Shown here piece after piece: positions 1-9,915 of a stretch of 64,000 bases of DNA; within the stretch, counting starts at the first letter, position 1; each line of letters begins with the position of its first letter. The position numbers and the translations under genes were made by a program. Below the pieces are notes generated by a model. It searched no databases and was not told where the DNA came from. It saw only the letters and a list, made by a program, of their open reading frames with translations. The DNA comes from Patescibacteria group bacterium (GTDB taxonomy: Bacteria; Patescibacteriota; Patescibacteriia; UBA10025; JAHIVO01). The stretch spans positions 66,216-130,215 of the forward strand of contig JBAZWB010000002.1 in the NCBI GenBank assembly GCA_041660605.1. Reading direction: 5' to 3'.

Positions 1-77
1 CAGATCGCTTTCAAAAAAGGGTAAAAAATAACCGACTAAAAAACCCATTGAGTTTAATTTTGGGTTTTTTGTTATTT

Positions 78-770
78 TTAATTACCGCCAAACCGGCGAT
101 TTCTCTTTTTATATTCATCCACGGCGGTTTCCATGTCCCGGCCGGAAAAATCCGGCCAATGCTTAGCGGTAAAATAATATTCAGCGTAAGCCGCTTCCCA
201 TAATAAAAACCCTGAGGTGCGCATTTCACCCGAAGTCCTGATAATCAAATCCGGATAAGGCACCGTCGGATCATAAAGATTCTGCCGGATGGCTTCTTCC
301 GTAACCTGAGCAGGCTTGATCCCACGTTTAACCAGCTTTTTGACCGCGTCAATTATTTCCGCCTGGCCGCCGTAATTTATACCCACGTTTAACACCGCTT
401 TTTTATTGTCTTTCGTCCTGGCCATCGCGTTTTCCAGAGCTTGTCGCGATTCTTTTGGCAGCTCCTCGAGGCGCCCGATAATATTTAGTTTGGTGCCGTT
501 TTTTATGAACCAATCAAACTCTTTAATTACCGCCTCCCTGATCAATTTCATTAAAAAACCGACTTCTTCTTTGGGGCGCGACCAGTTTTCCTGGGAAAAA
601 GCCCAGACTGTCAGGAATTTAATCCCCTTTTTAATGCACCAATCGCCAATCCGTTTTAACGCCTGGACGCCCTCGCGGTGCCCCATAAAAGCGGGCAAGC
701 CGTGTTCTTTGGCCCAGCGCCGGTTGCCGTCCATGATTATGCCGATGTGTTTTGGCAGTTTATTTTCCAT
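78..770 (-). CDS. uppS: Undecaprenyl diphosphate synthase (cis-prenyltransferase)
   Basis: Motifs HIGIIMDGNRRWA, AFSxENWSRP, NYGG, PDLIIRTSGEMRTSGFLLW, RRFGG. Confidence 0.97.
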   Translation of the reverse strand: MENKLPKHIGIIMDGNRRWAKEHGLPAFMGHREGVQALKRIGDWCIKKGIKFLTVWAFSQENWSRPKEEVGFLMKLIREAVIKEFDWFIKNGTKLNIIGRLEELPKESRQALENAMARTKDNKKAVLNVGINYGGQAEIIDAVKKLVKRGIKPAQVTEEAIRQNLYDPTVPYPDLIIRTSGEMRTSGFLLWEAAYAEYYFTAKHWPDFSGRDMETAVDEYKKRNRRFGGN

Positions 771-829
771 AAATATAAATCCGCTTTCCCTGTTATTATC
801 GGGGATATGGAAATAAAAGGCAACCGCGC

Positions 830-1894
830 TTATTTTTCGCGATCCGCCATATATCCCAGCAGATCGGCCAATACTTTCTTATAGCTTTGGCTGATTTTCA
901 GCTGTTTGATAATTTTCAGGGCTTGCTCCCTGTAGCCGCTGACCCGCGTTTCTACAGCCTCAATTACTCCCAGTTCAATGATCAGCTTCTGCACGTAGCG
1001 CAGCTGCTGCTGGCTGATTTTGTCCCTGTCGAAAATTTTGTACAGCCTGGCTTTTTGCGCAGGGCTGGCCCGCTTGAAAAGAAAATGGTAGTAAAATGTT
1101 TTTTTATTTTCCCGAATATCCACGCCTACCGACTTGCCAATGCCGCTCTCCCTGCCAAAAAGGCCGAGATAATCATCCCTGATCTGGAATATTACTCCGA
1201 TATATTCACCCAGTTTCATTAATAGCTTGACGATTGACTGGGGCTGCCCGGCCAGCAACGCGCCTAACATTAATGGCAAAGAAACGGTGTAGCGGGCGGT
1301 CTTATACTGATAAATGGCGGCTATCTCCCGCTGGCTCGTCTCCCTCGCGGCATACCCCAGATACATTTCACTGAGCTGAGCCAGGCCTACCGAGGCCATT
1401 TCCTGGGCAAAGGTCCTGATAATTTTTTCCTTCTGCTTCTCCTTGATTTTTAATCCTGACAAAAGCTCAAAGGTAATCAAAAAAATCACGTCCCCGGCGC
1501 ATAAAGCGCTGCTCATCCCGAAATGCCCGGCTTTCTCAAATCCCTCTTTTTCCCCCAACCGCTGGTACTGCAGATGCATAGCGGGTTTGCCTCTGCGCAG
1601 AGCGCTGTTATCCATAATGTCATCATGCACCAGCAGGGCTGAATGGAAAAGTTCGATAGCGCCGGCCGTTTTGATAACCTCCTGATTGATTTTCTTCCCG
1701 AACATCTGGTAAGCCAGGATAATCAGGCTGCCGCGTATCATCTTGCCGCGCCGGGTGAATTCCAGCAGCCGGCCCATGACATCGCGGCTCCAGCGCTGGT
1801 GGACAGCCGAATACTGTCTAGTTTTCTCGCTTAAAAAAACCTTTAAAAACCTGACGATTATTCTTTTGTGCCGGCTGATAATTTTGTCTTCCAA
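830..1894 (-). CDS. Trans-polyprenyl diphosphate synthase (IdsA/IspA family)
   Basis: GKxxR, LVHDDIMD..RRG (FARM), YKTARYT, FQIRDDYL (SARM), DIRENKKT. Confidence 0.93.
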   Translation of the reverse strand: MEDKIISRHKRIIVRFLKVFLSEKTRQYSAVHQRWSRDVMGRLLEFTRRGKMIRGSLIILAYQMFGKKINQEVIKTAGAIELFHSALLVHDDIMDNSALRRGKPAMHLQYQRLGEKEGFEKAGHFGMSSALCAGDVIFLITFELLSGLKIKEKQKEKIIRTFAQEMASVGLAQLSEMYLGYAARETSQREIAAIYQYKTARYTVSLPLMLGALLAGQPQSIVKLLMKLGEYIGVIFQIRDDYLGLFGRESGIGKSVGVDIRENKKTFYYHFLFKRASPAQKARLYKIFDRDKISQQQLRYVQKLIIELGVIEAVETRVSGYREQALKIIKQLKISQSYKKVLADLLGYMADREK

Positions 1895-1951
1895 TTTTTT
1901 GCCTTAAAAATATTAAGAAATTACTTGCCCTGGCCCGGTGGCCAGAAAAAG

Positions 1952-2554
1952 TCAATCCATTATATTCAGCCGCAGGAAGTCCTTCAGCTTCTTAAAAGCC
2001 AGCCCCCGATGGCTGATATCATTTTTCTCCTGGTCTGTCATTTCGGCAAAAGTTTTCTTGCCGCCCTGCGGAATAAAAACCAAATCATAGGGCAGGCTGG
2101 GTCTGTCCTGACCTGCTGTTTTGCCTGCAATAGACCCCTCAATCTTGCCGCTGAAAACCCAGTTCCGGAGCTCCGGACTGACCAGAACCAATACGCTTTC
2201 AAAATACGCCTGGCGCTTGCCAGCTGGAATTTTTTTCATTTCCTGCAGAAGTTTTTCTACGATCTTTTCACCGCTGGCGTTCTCACCTGCCCAGCGCGCG
2301 GAACGCACGCCCGGTTCTCCGCCGAGCGCTTCGACAAACAATCCGGAATCATCCGCTACGGTCCACTCTCCTGTTTGTTCGGCCACCAGCCTGGCTTTTT
2401 TCAGGGCGTTCTCCGCCAGGGTCGTGCCGTCTTCGGAAATTTCCTGCGTGACGCCAGCCGCTTCGGCACTTTTTATTTCTACTCCCAGATCTTCCAATAA
2501 ATTTTGCATTTCAATCATCTTGCCGGGATTTTTCGTGGCCATGACGATGATCAT
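1952..2554 (-). CDS. rdgB: Non-canonical purine NTP pyrophosphatase (HAM1/RdgB)
   Basis: ATKNPGK, ENALKKA, ADDSGL..ALGGEPGVRSARW, KNDISHRG. Confidence 0.95.
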   Translation of the reverse strand: MIIVMATKNPGKMIEMQNLLEDLGVEIKSAEAAGVTQEISEDGTTLAENALKKARLVAEQTGEWTVADDSGLFVEALGGEPGVRSARWAGENASGEKIVEKLLQEMKKIPAGKRQAYFESVLVLVSPELRNWVFSGKIEGSIAGKTAGQDRPSLPYDLVFIPQGGKKTFAEMTDQEKNDISHRGLAFKKLKDFLRLNIMD

Positions 2555-2572
2555 GGAAATTTATTATTTTAA

Positions 2573-3274
2573 TTATAAGCTATTAAATTCCTTTTCTATA
2601 TAATCTTTCTCCAGCGCGAGTTCCTGGGGAGCAAGCCCGCTTTCGCAAATAAATGGCACGTCTAAACCTTTAGCTGCTTTTATAATTTCAGTTTGCCTGG
2701 TTTTAAAGAGCGGGTAATGCACGTTCTCAGAGTCTAGCCCGCTGATATGAATTTCCGACAAACGCTCAGAAAATTCCTTTATAAAATCCGCGGCCAATTT
2801 CATGGTCGGATCATTGTCCCAGATATGATTCACATCCAGAATAAAGCGAAATAAAGTATTTAACGTAAGCAGCTTGGACAGATCCTCCGGCTTCTTCCCG
2901 AAATTCTTAGCCTTGTCCATATTTTCAAACCCCACGGGGAAAGGCAGGTCATCAAATATATCAATATCTATAACGTTATCCGGATGAATAACTACCACAT
3001 CCAGCGGCCGTAGCTTGTGCGTTTCGGAAATGGCCTGGAAGATTTTAAATGTTTCCTGATTATCGGCATAATCCATTCTGGGCGCGTGCAGGCTGACATA
3101 ATCAAAACCGGCCAAATCCTCCTCGGTAATGGCCGCCAACTCTCCGGCCTCAATGCGCTCTTTGCGCACAAAACCCAGCTCTACCGCCCGGCAGCCGATC
3201 TTTTTAAATTCAGCGATAGCCTGCTTGGGCTCCATATAATCATGCAAATCACCGGTAGAAAATCCAAATATCAT
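2573..3274 (-). CDS. Putative TIM-barrel (xylose isomerase/AP endonuclease 2-like) protein
   Basis: SLHAP, VVIHP, FENMD, LDVNH, EIHISG, CES metal-ligand spacing typical of this fold. Confidence 0.7.
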   Translation of the reverse strand: MIFGFSTGDLHDYMEPKQAIAEFKKIGCRAVELGFVRKERIEAGELAAITEEDLAGFDYVSLHAPRMDYADNQETFKIFQAISETHKLRPLDVVVIHPDNVIDIDIFDDLPFPVGFENMDKAKNFGKKPEDLSKLLTLNTLFRFILDVNHIWDNDPTMKLAADFIKEFSERLSEIHISGLDSENVHYPLFKTRQTEIIKAAKGLDVPFICESGLAPQELALEKDYIEKEFNSL

Positions 3275-3330
3275 AGGTGGTTGTTAGATAATGGCGAATG
3301 GGTTATGGTTAAAAGCATGTGGTTAAATTA

Positions 3331-3388
3331 CTATAAGCTATTAGCTATATGCTATTAGCCAACCGCTATACGCTATAAACTATGAGCT
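3331..3388. repeat. Degenerate 7-nt tandem array (cta[t/c]nnn)
   Basis: ctataag ctattag ctatatg ctattag ccaaccg ctatacg ctataaa ctatgag. Confidence 0.7.
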
Positions 3389-4294
3389 AAACTTAAACCT
3401 AATAAATAAATCCGCGAAATATTTAAAATTATTCGCTATCTGTTCAACCGCCTGTTCGCGGGTAATCTTCTCTGATTTGAAATCCACCAGTGCCTGCCAA
3501 AAAACCGTCCTGCCGACCGCAAAACCGATGACCCCGTCCACCCTGGCGCCGGTCTCAATCCATTTTTCTACCAGCTCGCGGGTCTCGCCGCGTCCCAACA
3601 CGATCATGCAGACCTGCCCGCGCCGCCCCTTGCGCATCTGCTTGATGACGTCCTGGTAATTTTCCATTTCCTGAAATCCCTCAATTTTCCAGACATCCGG
3701 ATCCACTCCGCCTTTTTGCAATTCTTTGACCATTTTTATTGCCAGGTCCGGACGCATTTCCAGATTGTACCGGCGATGGTCGGCCTGCACTTTGTTCAGC
3801 TGGTCCACAGTCGGAGGCACCAGAACTTCTAGCATGAATTTATAACCGTGAGTGCGGCAATAATCGCTTAACTTTGCTAATCGCTGGCGCTGTCGTTCGT
3901 TTAATTCCTCATCTCCGCCGGGATTGTAGCGTAGTAAAGCTTTGGCAAACTGCGGCCGGTATTTATCCAGGTGTTCGCCGAATTGGTGGTTAAATTCAAA
4001 ATCAAATTCAGCCTGCCCGCTTTTTTCCGTGCACATGCAGACAATAAAACCAGCCTGTCTGGCTTGGCGCAAAATCAAATCACCGCACTGCTCGTCCACC
4101 AGTATGGCCGCGGATTCTTTCGGCACCCCGCGGCTGACGGCCAGAGCAAAACCTTCGTAGATTATCTGCTTGTATTCCGCCAGCTTGGCCACGCGTTCAA
4201 TGGTAAACAAATCCTCCCAGCCGAACATCTTTTCAGCAAAGCTTTGGCGGTGGTCAAATGGCAATATGTATAATGGTTTGTTATATCCGAGCAT
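3380..4294 (-). CDS. DUF2090 family protein (IolC C-terminal-like, LacD-like aldolase barrel)
   Basis: LYILPFDHRQSF, AILVDEQ, EKSGQ, PDVWKIEG, LGRG, GFAVGRTVFW. Confidence 0.88.
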   Translation of the reverse strand: MLGYNKPLYILPFDHRQSFAEKMFGWEDLFTIERVAKLAEYKQIIYEGFALAVSRGVPKESAAILVDEQCGDLILRQARQAGFIVCMCTEKSGQAEFDFEFNHQFGEHLDKYRPQFAKALLRYNPGGDEELNERQRQRLAKLSDYCRTHGYKFMLEVLVPPTVDQLNKVQADHRRYNLEMRPDLAIKMVKELQKGGVDPDVWKIEGFQEMENYQDVIKQMRKGRRGQVCMIVLGRGETRELVEKWIETGARVDGVIGFAVGRTVFWQALVDFKSEKITREQAVEQIANNFKYFADLFIRFKFSS

Positions 4295-4367
4295 TTTTTA
4301 TGGATTAACTTGTGTGTTTATTATAGATTAAGAGGAGATATTTTCATAATTTAATATTATAATTGCC

Positions 4368-4943
4368 CTAAAATATCTCTATTAACGATTGTCTTACCAA
4401 AGTTCTGATTTGCTCATCCGAAAATTTTATTTGGCTATTCAGCTCCTTGGCTGTTGGCGAAAGCCTATTGTACATAAATTGGATTTTTTGCTTGGCTTTT
4501 TCCTCGCCATTTCTTTTCAGGTAAAAAGGAATATTATACTCAAAAAACGCCAGGCTATCAGCGTTCATTAAAACATTAATTTCTTCGCCGCCGCCGATTT
4601 CGTGATTTTCAATAAGATATCGGGTTTTATCAATAATTTTTTCTTCAAAATGGCATTCGCTCATTAACTCAGAAATGATCTTTGCAGAAACAAATGAATG
4701 TTGTTTCTTGTACTCATTGTAATCCTTAAAATCTTCTTTTTTTACTCTTCTTTCCGGAAAGCTCCTGTCAATATCATGCCCAAGAGCAGCCACCTGAAGC
4801 GCAATGTCAGCATTTGTCTTTAATTTCAAAACGTTTTTCCAGGTCAACTGCGAATGGACGTAATCTTCTTCTGCAACAGATTTCTTGGTTAGTTCTTCTA
4901 TCTTCTTCTTTACGATTTCAAATTTATCGTTTAAATATACCAT
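4368..4943 (-). CDS. HD-domain protein (DUF4202-like); start moved to ATG 4943 to avoid overlap with fic
   Basis: HSQLT, AALGHDIDR, KQHS, NHE, ADSLAFFE. Confidence 0.75.
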   Translation of the reverse strand: MVYLNDKFEIVKKKIEELTKKSVAEEDYVHSQLTWKNVLKLKTNADIALQVAALGHDIDRSFPERRVKKEDFKDYNEYKKQHSFVSAKIISELMSECHFEEKIIDKTRYLIENHEIGGGEEINVLMNADSLAFFEYNIPFYLKRNGEEKAKQKIQFMYNRLSPTAKELNSQIKFSDEQIRTLVRQSLIEIF

Positions 4944-4944
4944 A

Positions 4945-6003
4945 TTATTTGTTGGGAATATAAATAGTTGCTTTACCTTTGCCAACCGATTTAATCATTC
5001 TAATTTTTTTCAGTCGCTGTAAATGCAATTGCGCCGTGCGCCGGGGGCAGTTTAACACCTCTTCCGCGTCCTTAACGGTCATACGGCTGACCTGATCCAA
5101 AAAATCAATAATTTTAAGCTGTTCAGGGCTTAAATATATTTGGGACTTAACCCTCGTACCTTTGGAACGCGCTGCCAAAGACAATATCCTTCCCTTAACG
5201 CGGTCAATTTCGTCTTTAAATCCGGTTATAAAATAATCCAGCCACGGCGTGCAGTCCTTTTGCCGTTCATCATAATTTTTACCCTGATTAATGGCTTTAT
5301 AATATGCCGGCCGGTCTGTATTATAATAATCTTCCAGAGCAAATAATCGGCGGAAGTCATACCCCCGCTGATACAAAATCAAGGTGGCCAGCGCTCTAGC
5401 CGTACGGCCATTGCCGTCTGTAAACGGATGTATCGCGGCAATTTCCAGATGCGCCACTGCCGCGACGATCACCGGATTAATCTGTTTTTTTTCGCTGTCT
5501 CTGAGCCAAGCCACAAAATTATTCATCAATTGTGGCACGCGCTTGGCTTCCGGGCCGGTGTACATTATTTGCGCCGGCAGACCGAGACGCCGTCGTACTA
5601 CGTAAATCGGCCCCGGGCGGTAGTGCCCGCTGGATCGCGGAGCCAGCGTATTGCTGGTAACCAGGTTATGAATTTTAAGTATAACTTTTTCACTTATCAA
5701 CTGGCGCTGCGCCACGACTTTTTCGATGTATTCCAGTGCTTTCAGATAATTTTTTACCTCATAAATATCGCGAGCCGGCGCGTCTATCTTCCTATGAGCA
5801 TAGAGCGCCTCTACTTGGGCGATGTCCAAACGGTTGCCTTCAATTTCCGTGGAATGGTGCGTCATGCGAATGACGGCCTGGCGGCGTAAACGCAATTCCT
5901 GCTGGGGCAATATCCGGGCATGCTCAATTACGGCTTTGGCTTCCGCAATAGCCGTCAAATCGCGCAAAATATTGTCGGATAAAGTATAGACGGGTTTAAA
6001 CAT
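4945..6003 (-). CDS. Fic family protein with C-terminal winged HTH
   Basis: HPFTDGNGRTAR Fic motif; HSTEIEGN inhibitory-helix motif; C-terminal HTH with GKGKATIY wing. Confidence 0.95.
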   Translation of the reverse strand: MFKPVYTLSDNILRDLTAIAEAKAVIEHARILPQQELRLRRQAVIRMTHHSTEIEGNRLDIAQVEALYAHRKIDAPARDIYEVKNYLKALEYIEKVVAQRQLISEKVILKIHNLVTSNTLAPRSSGHYRPGPIYVVRRRLGLPAQIMYTGPEAKRVPQLMNNFVAWLRDSEKKQINPVIVAAVAHLEIAAIHPFTDGNGRTARALATLILYQRGYDFRRLFALEDYYNTDRPAYYKAINQGKNYDERQKDCTPWLDYFITGFKDEIDRVKGRILSLAARSKGTRVKSQIYLSPEQLKIIDFLDQVSRMTVKDAEEVLNCPRRTAQLHLQRLKKIRMIKSVGKGKATIYIPNK

Positions 6004-6049
6004 ATATATTGGATGCTTTCTGTATGCAGTATATCATATAATCCCGAAT

Positions 6050-6078
6050 CGCGCAAGATACGCGCAACAATCGCGCAA
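6050..6078. promoter_or_regulatory. Three cgcgcaa direct repeats at 11-bp period upstream of fic (candidate operator)
   Basis: cgcgcaa at 6050, 6061, 6072. Confidence 0.5.
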
Positions 6079-6089
6079 TATTATTTAAG

Positions 6090-6167
6090 TCAAAAATAAA
6101 AATTCTCGGCAAAGCTTTGGCGGTGGTCAAATGGCAGAATGTATAATGGCTTGTTATATCCGAGCAT
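6090..6167 (-). pseudogene. Truncated duplicate of the 5' end of the DUF2090 gene
   Basis: Translates MLGYNKPLYILPFDHRQSFAENFYF*; first 21 aa identical to the 3380..4294 product. Confidence 0.9.
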
Positions 6168-6234
6168 TTTTATATTTAGTACTTACGCTGGTTATTATAT
6201 CAGATTTAAATATTTAACTATGCCTACAATTTGA

Positions 6235-6498
6235 TTACTTGCTATTCCTTCTTTTAAGATGATAAGAGATTTTGGTTAATAACTCCGAACCAAATCCAAT
6301 CAATGTTCCCACAACTGCAATTTTTCCAATTAAAGACCATTTAAATCCATTTCCAATCAAAAAAACAATAACCGCAACTATTAATCCAATAATAGCACCG
6401 ATTGAAAAACCTCCCCAAACTGCATTTTTCGTTTTAAAATATTTAATTAATAACAAGATTGAAATTACTGCGAGGATAATCCAAATAGTGTTCATCAT
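6235..6498 (-). CDS. Small three-TM membrane protein
   Basis: 87 aa, three hydrophobic Gly-rich segments. Confidence 0.7.
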   Translation of the reverse strand: MMNTIWIILAVISILLLIKYFKTKNAVWGGFSIGAIIGLIVAVIVFLIGNGFKWSLIGKIAVVGTLIGFGSELLTKISYHLKRRNSK

Positions 6499-6515
6499 AA
6501 AAATTTAATTAATTT

Positions 6516-6713
6516 TTAGTTGATGTCTCCAAAATATTTTTTTCGTGCCTCATACCAATTTTTTTCTGCGTAGTTAAGTTCTTCGGATGCTTTTATTTCT
6601 TCCTTCGTCAACCATTCCTTGTTATTATTGAGAAATGGCATATAATTTTTTATTGCCTCCTTTAAGAAATTGACTGCCCGTTTATACTCCAATTCAAACT
6701 TAGTATTTAACAT
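6516..6713 (-). CDS. Hypothetical protein
   Basis: 65-aa ORF co-directional in AT-rich block. Confidence 0.45.
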   Translation of the reverse strand: MLNTKFELEYKRAVNFLKEAIKNYMPFLNNNKEWLTKEEIKASEELNYAEKNWYEARKKYFGDIN

Positions 6714-6749
6714 ATACGATATACTTATTTAATATCCGTGAGCACTGTC

Positions 6750-6947
6750 TTATAGTTTATAAGTTACGATATCTGCGCAAACATTACTTAAGTTAAGATT
6801 TTTTTCTGTAATATTAATTAAGCAATCAGCTCTCTTTGATTCGGCATCAATTTCATTTTTATCTCGGAAGTATATATTTAAAGAAAAAACTAAAAATAAA
6901 CCTAATGCCAGTACTATTAACTGCCAAATGATGATTTCTTTTTTCAT
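6750..6947 (-). CDS. Hypothetical single-TM protein
   Basis: 65 aa, N-terminal hydrophobic helix, two Cys. Confidence 0.5.
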   Translation of the reverse strand: MKKEIIIWQLIVLALGLFLVFSLNIYFRDKNEIDAESKRADCLINITEKNLNLSNVCADIVTYKL

Positions 6948-7024
6948 AAATTTTAATGGGAATTAACTAATGGGTAATGATATTACTTTACCGATATTCT
7001 CAATTTTATTGTGCTTCATATTGT

Positions 7025-7462
7025 TTAATTAAATTTATATTCATTAGGTAAATTTTTTTTAAATATTTTTGTTAATACAATAAAATCCAATAGGATGTCA
7101 ATATCCCATGACTTTTCCGGAGGTATACCACTAATTCTTTTATCTGTTAAATGCATAAGTTCATTGTCGATACGTTTCTGCAACTTTATTATCCGTGCTG
7201 TTTTTTTGGGTAGTAATTTTTCCCATTGTTTTGATTCAATAAAATCAATAGCCCTTATATATGATTTTCCATTCTTACGATAATAAAAAAATTCTAATAA
7301 ATTTCTTGCATGCAGTAGAAAACACTCCAATGCCATCTGAAGACTTTTTTGTTCTTGTTGTTTGAGACATTCAAATATTTTATTAAAAGAAAAATTGAGC
7401 ATATCGTCTTCATATGCGAAGTGTTCAATAAGCCATGCTTTTTTATCTGAATTCTGTAACAT
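7025..7462 (-). CDS. Hypothetical helical protein, possibly HEPN-like
   Basis: ECFLLHARNLLEFF and R-x6-H (RIDNELMH). Confidence 0.55.
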   Translation of the reverse strand: MLQNSDKKAWLIEHFAYEDDMLNFSFNKIFECLKQQEQKSLQMALECFLLHARNLLEFFYYRKNGKSYIRAIDFIESKQWEKLLPKKTARIIKLQKRIDNELMHLTDKRISGIPPEKSWDIDILLDFIVLTKIFKKNLPNEYKFN

Positions 7463-7532
7463 TTTTATTTTATTAAAGTATGAAAAGTTTTAATAATAGT
7501 ATTTTTTGATATCCCCTCATAATCCAACAACC

Positions 7533-8069
7533 CTACTTACCTTTCTCAAATATTGAAGCAAAACGGGCTTCACTAATGATTTTCATCACCTCTTCAGGCG
7601 AAAAAACTTTTCCATTTATAGCAACGTAAATGCCAGGCTTAAGATGTTCAAGCTGCGCTACGGCATACCCCAGATTAAATGGCCCATCTGAGGGTGAAAA
7701 ACCGCTAATTGGAACGGCAGATGCCGTCAGAACTATTGTCTGATCATTTCGTTTAAGATTTGCTTTCAGGAAACGGGCAGTATCAGGCATGGTGTATGTG
7801 CCATGGGTAACAATTATTTCAGTATGCGCACTATTTTCAATGATTTTTAGAATATTATCTAAATCTTCGCGTTTCAAATCACGGCTGTCTTTCATGCAAA
7901 CGGTTGTAAACTCAGCGCCATGATAAATCTTTAAACCATTAATAAAAGATGGGATTACCGAAATTTCATTTGGGACAGCCGTGTCTTTGCTGGCATCATA
8001 ATGAGAATCAATTGTCCCGCCGGTAATTATAAAATGGATTGTGCTTTTTTGTTTGCTCATATTATTCAA
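7533..8069 (-). CDS. Asparaginase N-terminal-domain protein
   Basis: ITGGTI, KDS, VTHGTYTM, IVLTA motifs. Confidence 0.88.
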   Translation of the reverse strand: MNNMSKQKSTIHFIITGGTIDSHYDASKDTAVPNEISVIPSFINGLKIYHGAEFTTVCMKDSRDLKREDLDNILKIIENSAHTEIIVTHGTYTMPDTARFLKANLKRNDQTIVLTASAVPISGFSPSDGPFNLGYAVAQLEHLKPGIYVAINGKVFSPEEVMKIISEARFASIFEKGK

Positions 8070-8072
8070 TAT

Positions 8073-9908
8073 TTATCTATTATTTAAAGTTAACTTAATC
8101 GCCTTTATTATTCCACTTTTATCAATTCCTTCATAGCTTAATAGTTCTGCTGGTTTCCCACTTTTCGGCATTTTCGTCACTGCCAACTTAACCACGTGTG
8201 CCTTGGCATGCCTTAGCGCGCTCAACACCGCCTCTCCCAAGCCGCCTTGCGGATAATGATCCTCAACCGTAATAATGGCTTTTGTTTCTTTGGCCGCCTT
8301 TTGCAAAGTGGCGACATCAACCGGCTTGATGCTATATAAATCAATTACTCTAATATTAATTCCCTGCTTTTTTAATTCATCATAAGCTTTCAATGCCTCA
8401 AAAACCGTGATGCCGGCAGTAACCACAGTGGCCGTGTCATTCTGGCTTTGGCGCAAAACTTTGCTTCCGCCAATGGGGAATTGCTCATTCTGCTTGTAAA
8501 TAACCGGCGTCTCTGCCCGTGTCGTGCGCAGATAAACTATGCCTTTGTGCTTCACCATTTCCTCCACCATTTTATCGCAGGACACCGGGTCGCAAGGATA
8601 TAAAACCACGCTGTCTAAAACCGACCGGAACATGGCAATATCCTCAAGTCCCATTTGCGACGGGCCATCCTCGCCAATAGACACGCCGGCGTGCGAGCCG
8701 ACGAACTTGATGTTGGCTTGCGAATAGGCGCTCATCCTGATCTGGTCAAAAGCCCGTGTGAAAAACGCGGCAAAGGTGGAGACGAACGGGATCTTCCCGC
8801 GGCGCGATAAGCCAACGGCAGCGCCAACCATATTCTGCTCGGCAATAAACATTTCAAAAAATCTTTTGGGATAATTTTTCTGGAAAATTTCAGAATAAGT
8901 GGAGTTGCTGACTTCCGCGTCCAGCGAGACAATCGGATAATTATTAGCGAGCCGCGTCAGCGCGTAACCAAACGCCTTCCGGGTGGCTATCGGATTATTA
9001 AAAATCATTGGCTCTGGTTTGCCGGAAGTAAGCGGTGCCGGTTTGAAGGTTTTTGACAAAGCAATAGAGCCGCGCACCGACGTGTCTACTTTTCCCAAAT
9101 CTTTTAGGGCTTTTTCCAATTCATCAGGTTTTAATGCCTTGCCATGCCAGCCGTCTTTATTCTCTATTAACTTAACGCCTTTACCTTTGAGCGTTTTGGC
9201 AATAATCATTACCGGCCTCCCCTTAGATTTTAAAGCTTTCGCGAAAGCATTTAAAATTGCCGGCAATTTATGCCCGTCTATAACGATAGTCTGCCACCCA
9301 AAGGCTTTGATCCTCTTTTCATATTCCAAAACTTTATGGCCGTACATGGTCTCGCCTCTTTGGCCCAGGCGGTTAACATCCAAAATGCCAATCAAATTAT
9401 CCAGCTTGTAATGCGTTGCCAATTGAATGGCCTCCCAAACCTGGCCCTCGGCCATTTCGCTGTCGCCTAATAATACATAGGTTTTATACGGCAATTTATC
9501 TAAATACTTGGCATTTAAAGCTAAACCAACGCCGACTGACAGCCCCTGGCCGAGCGAACCGGTAGCCGCTTCGCAATACGGAAATGACATGACCGGATGG
9601 CCTTCTAAACGCGAACTAAACTTGCGTAAAGTCATTAACTCCTGCTCTGTTATGGCACCGGCTGCCGCCCATAACGAATAAAACAGCGGCGAGGCATGGC
9701 CTTTGGAAAATATCAACCGGTCGTTATTGGGATTGCTCGGGTCTTTGAAATCAAAATTAAAATTACCGCCAAATATCAGGCCAGTCATTATATCCGTGGC
9801 TGACAGCGAAGACGTCGGATGGCCGGAACCGGCCGCGCTGGTGGAACGCAAAATCCAGTAGCGTATCAATTTCGCCATTGCCGGTAAATTTTGTTTATTC
9901 TTAATCAT
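8073..9908 (-). CDS. tkt: Transketolase
   Basis: SGHPTSSLS, SKGHA, TGSLGQG, GDSE..EG..WEA TPP motif, IAEQNMV, GEDGPSQ, VEDH. Confidence 0.97.
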   Translation of the reverse strand: MIKNKQNLPAMAKLIRYWILRSTSAAGSGHPTSSLSATDIMTGLIFGGNFNFDFKDPSNPNNDRLIFSKGHASPLFYSLWAAAGAITEQELMTLRKFSSRLEGHPVMSFPYCEAATGSLGQGLSVGVGLALNAKYLDKLPYKTYVLLGDSEMAEGQVWEAIQLATHYKLDNLIGILDVNRLGQRGETMYGHKVLEYEKRIKAFGWQTIVIDGHKLPAILNAFAKALKSKGRPVMIIAKTLKGKGVKLIENKDGWHGKALKPDELEKALKDLGKVDTSVRGSIALSKTFKPAPLTSGKPEPMIFNNPIATRKAFGYALTRLANNYPIVSLDAEVSNSTYSEIFQKNYPKRFFEMFIAEQNMVGAAVGLSRRGKIPFVSTFAAFFTRAFDQIRMSAYSQANIKFVGSHAGVSIGEDGPSQMGLEDIAMFRSVLDSVVLYPCDPVSCDKMVEEMVKHKGIVYLRTTRAETPVIYKQNEQFPIGGSKVLRQSQNDTATVVTAGITVFEALKAYDELKKQGINIRVIDLYSIKPVDVATLQKAAKETKAIITVEDHYPQGGLGEAVLSALRHAKAHVVKLAVTKMPKSGKPAELLSYEGIDKSGIIKAIKLTLNNR

Positions 9909-9915
9909 AAATTTT

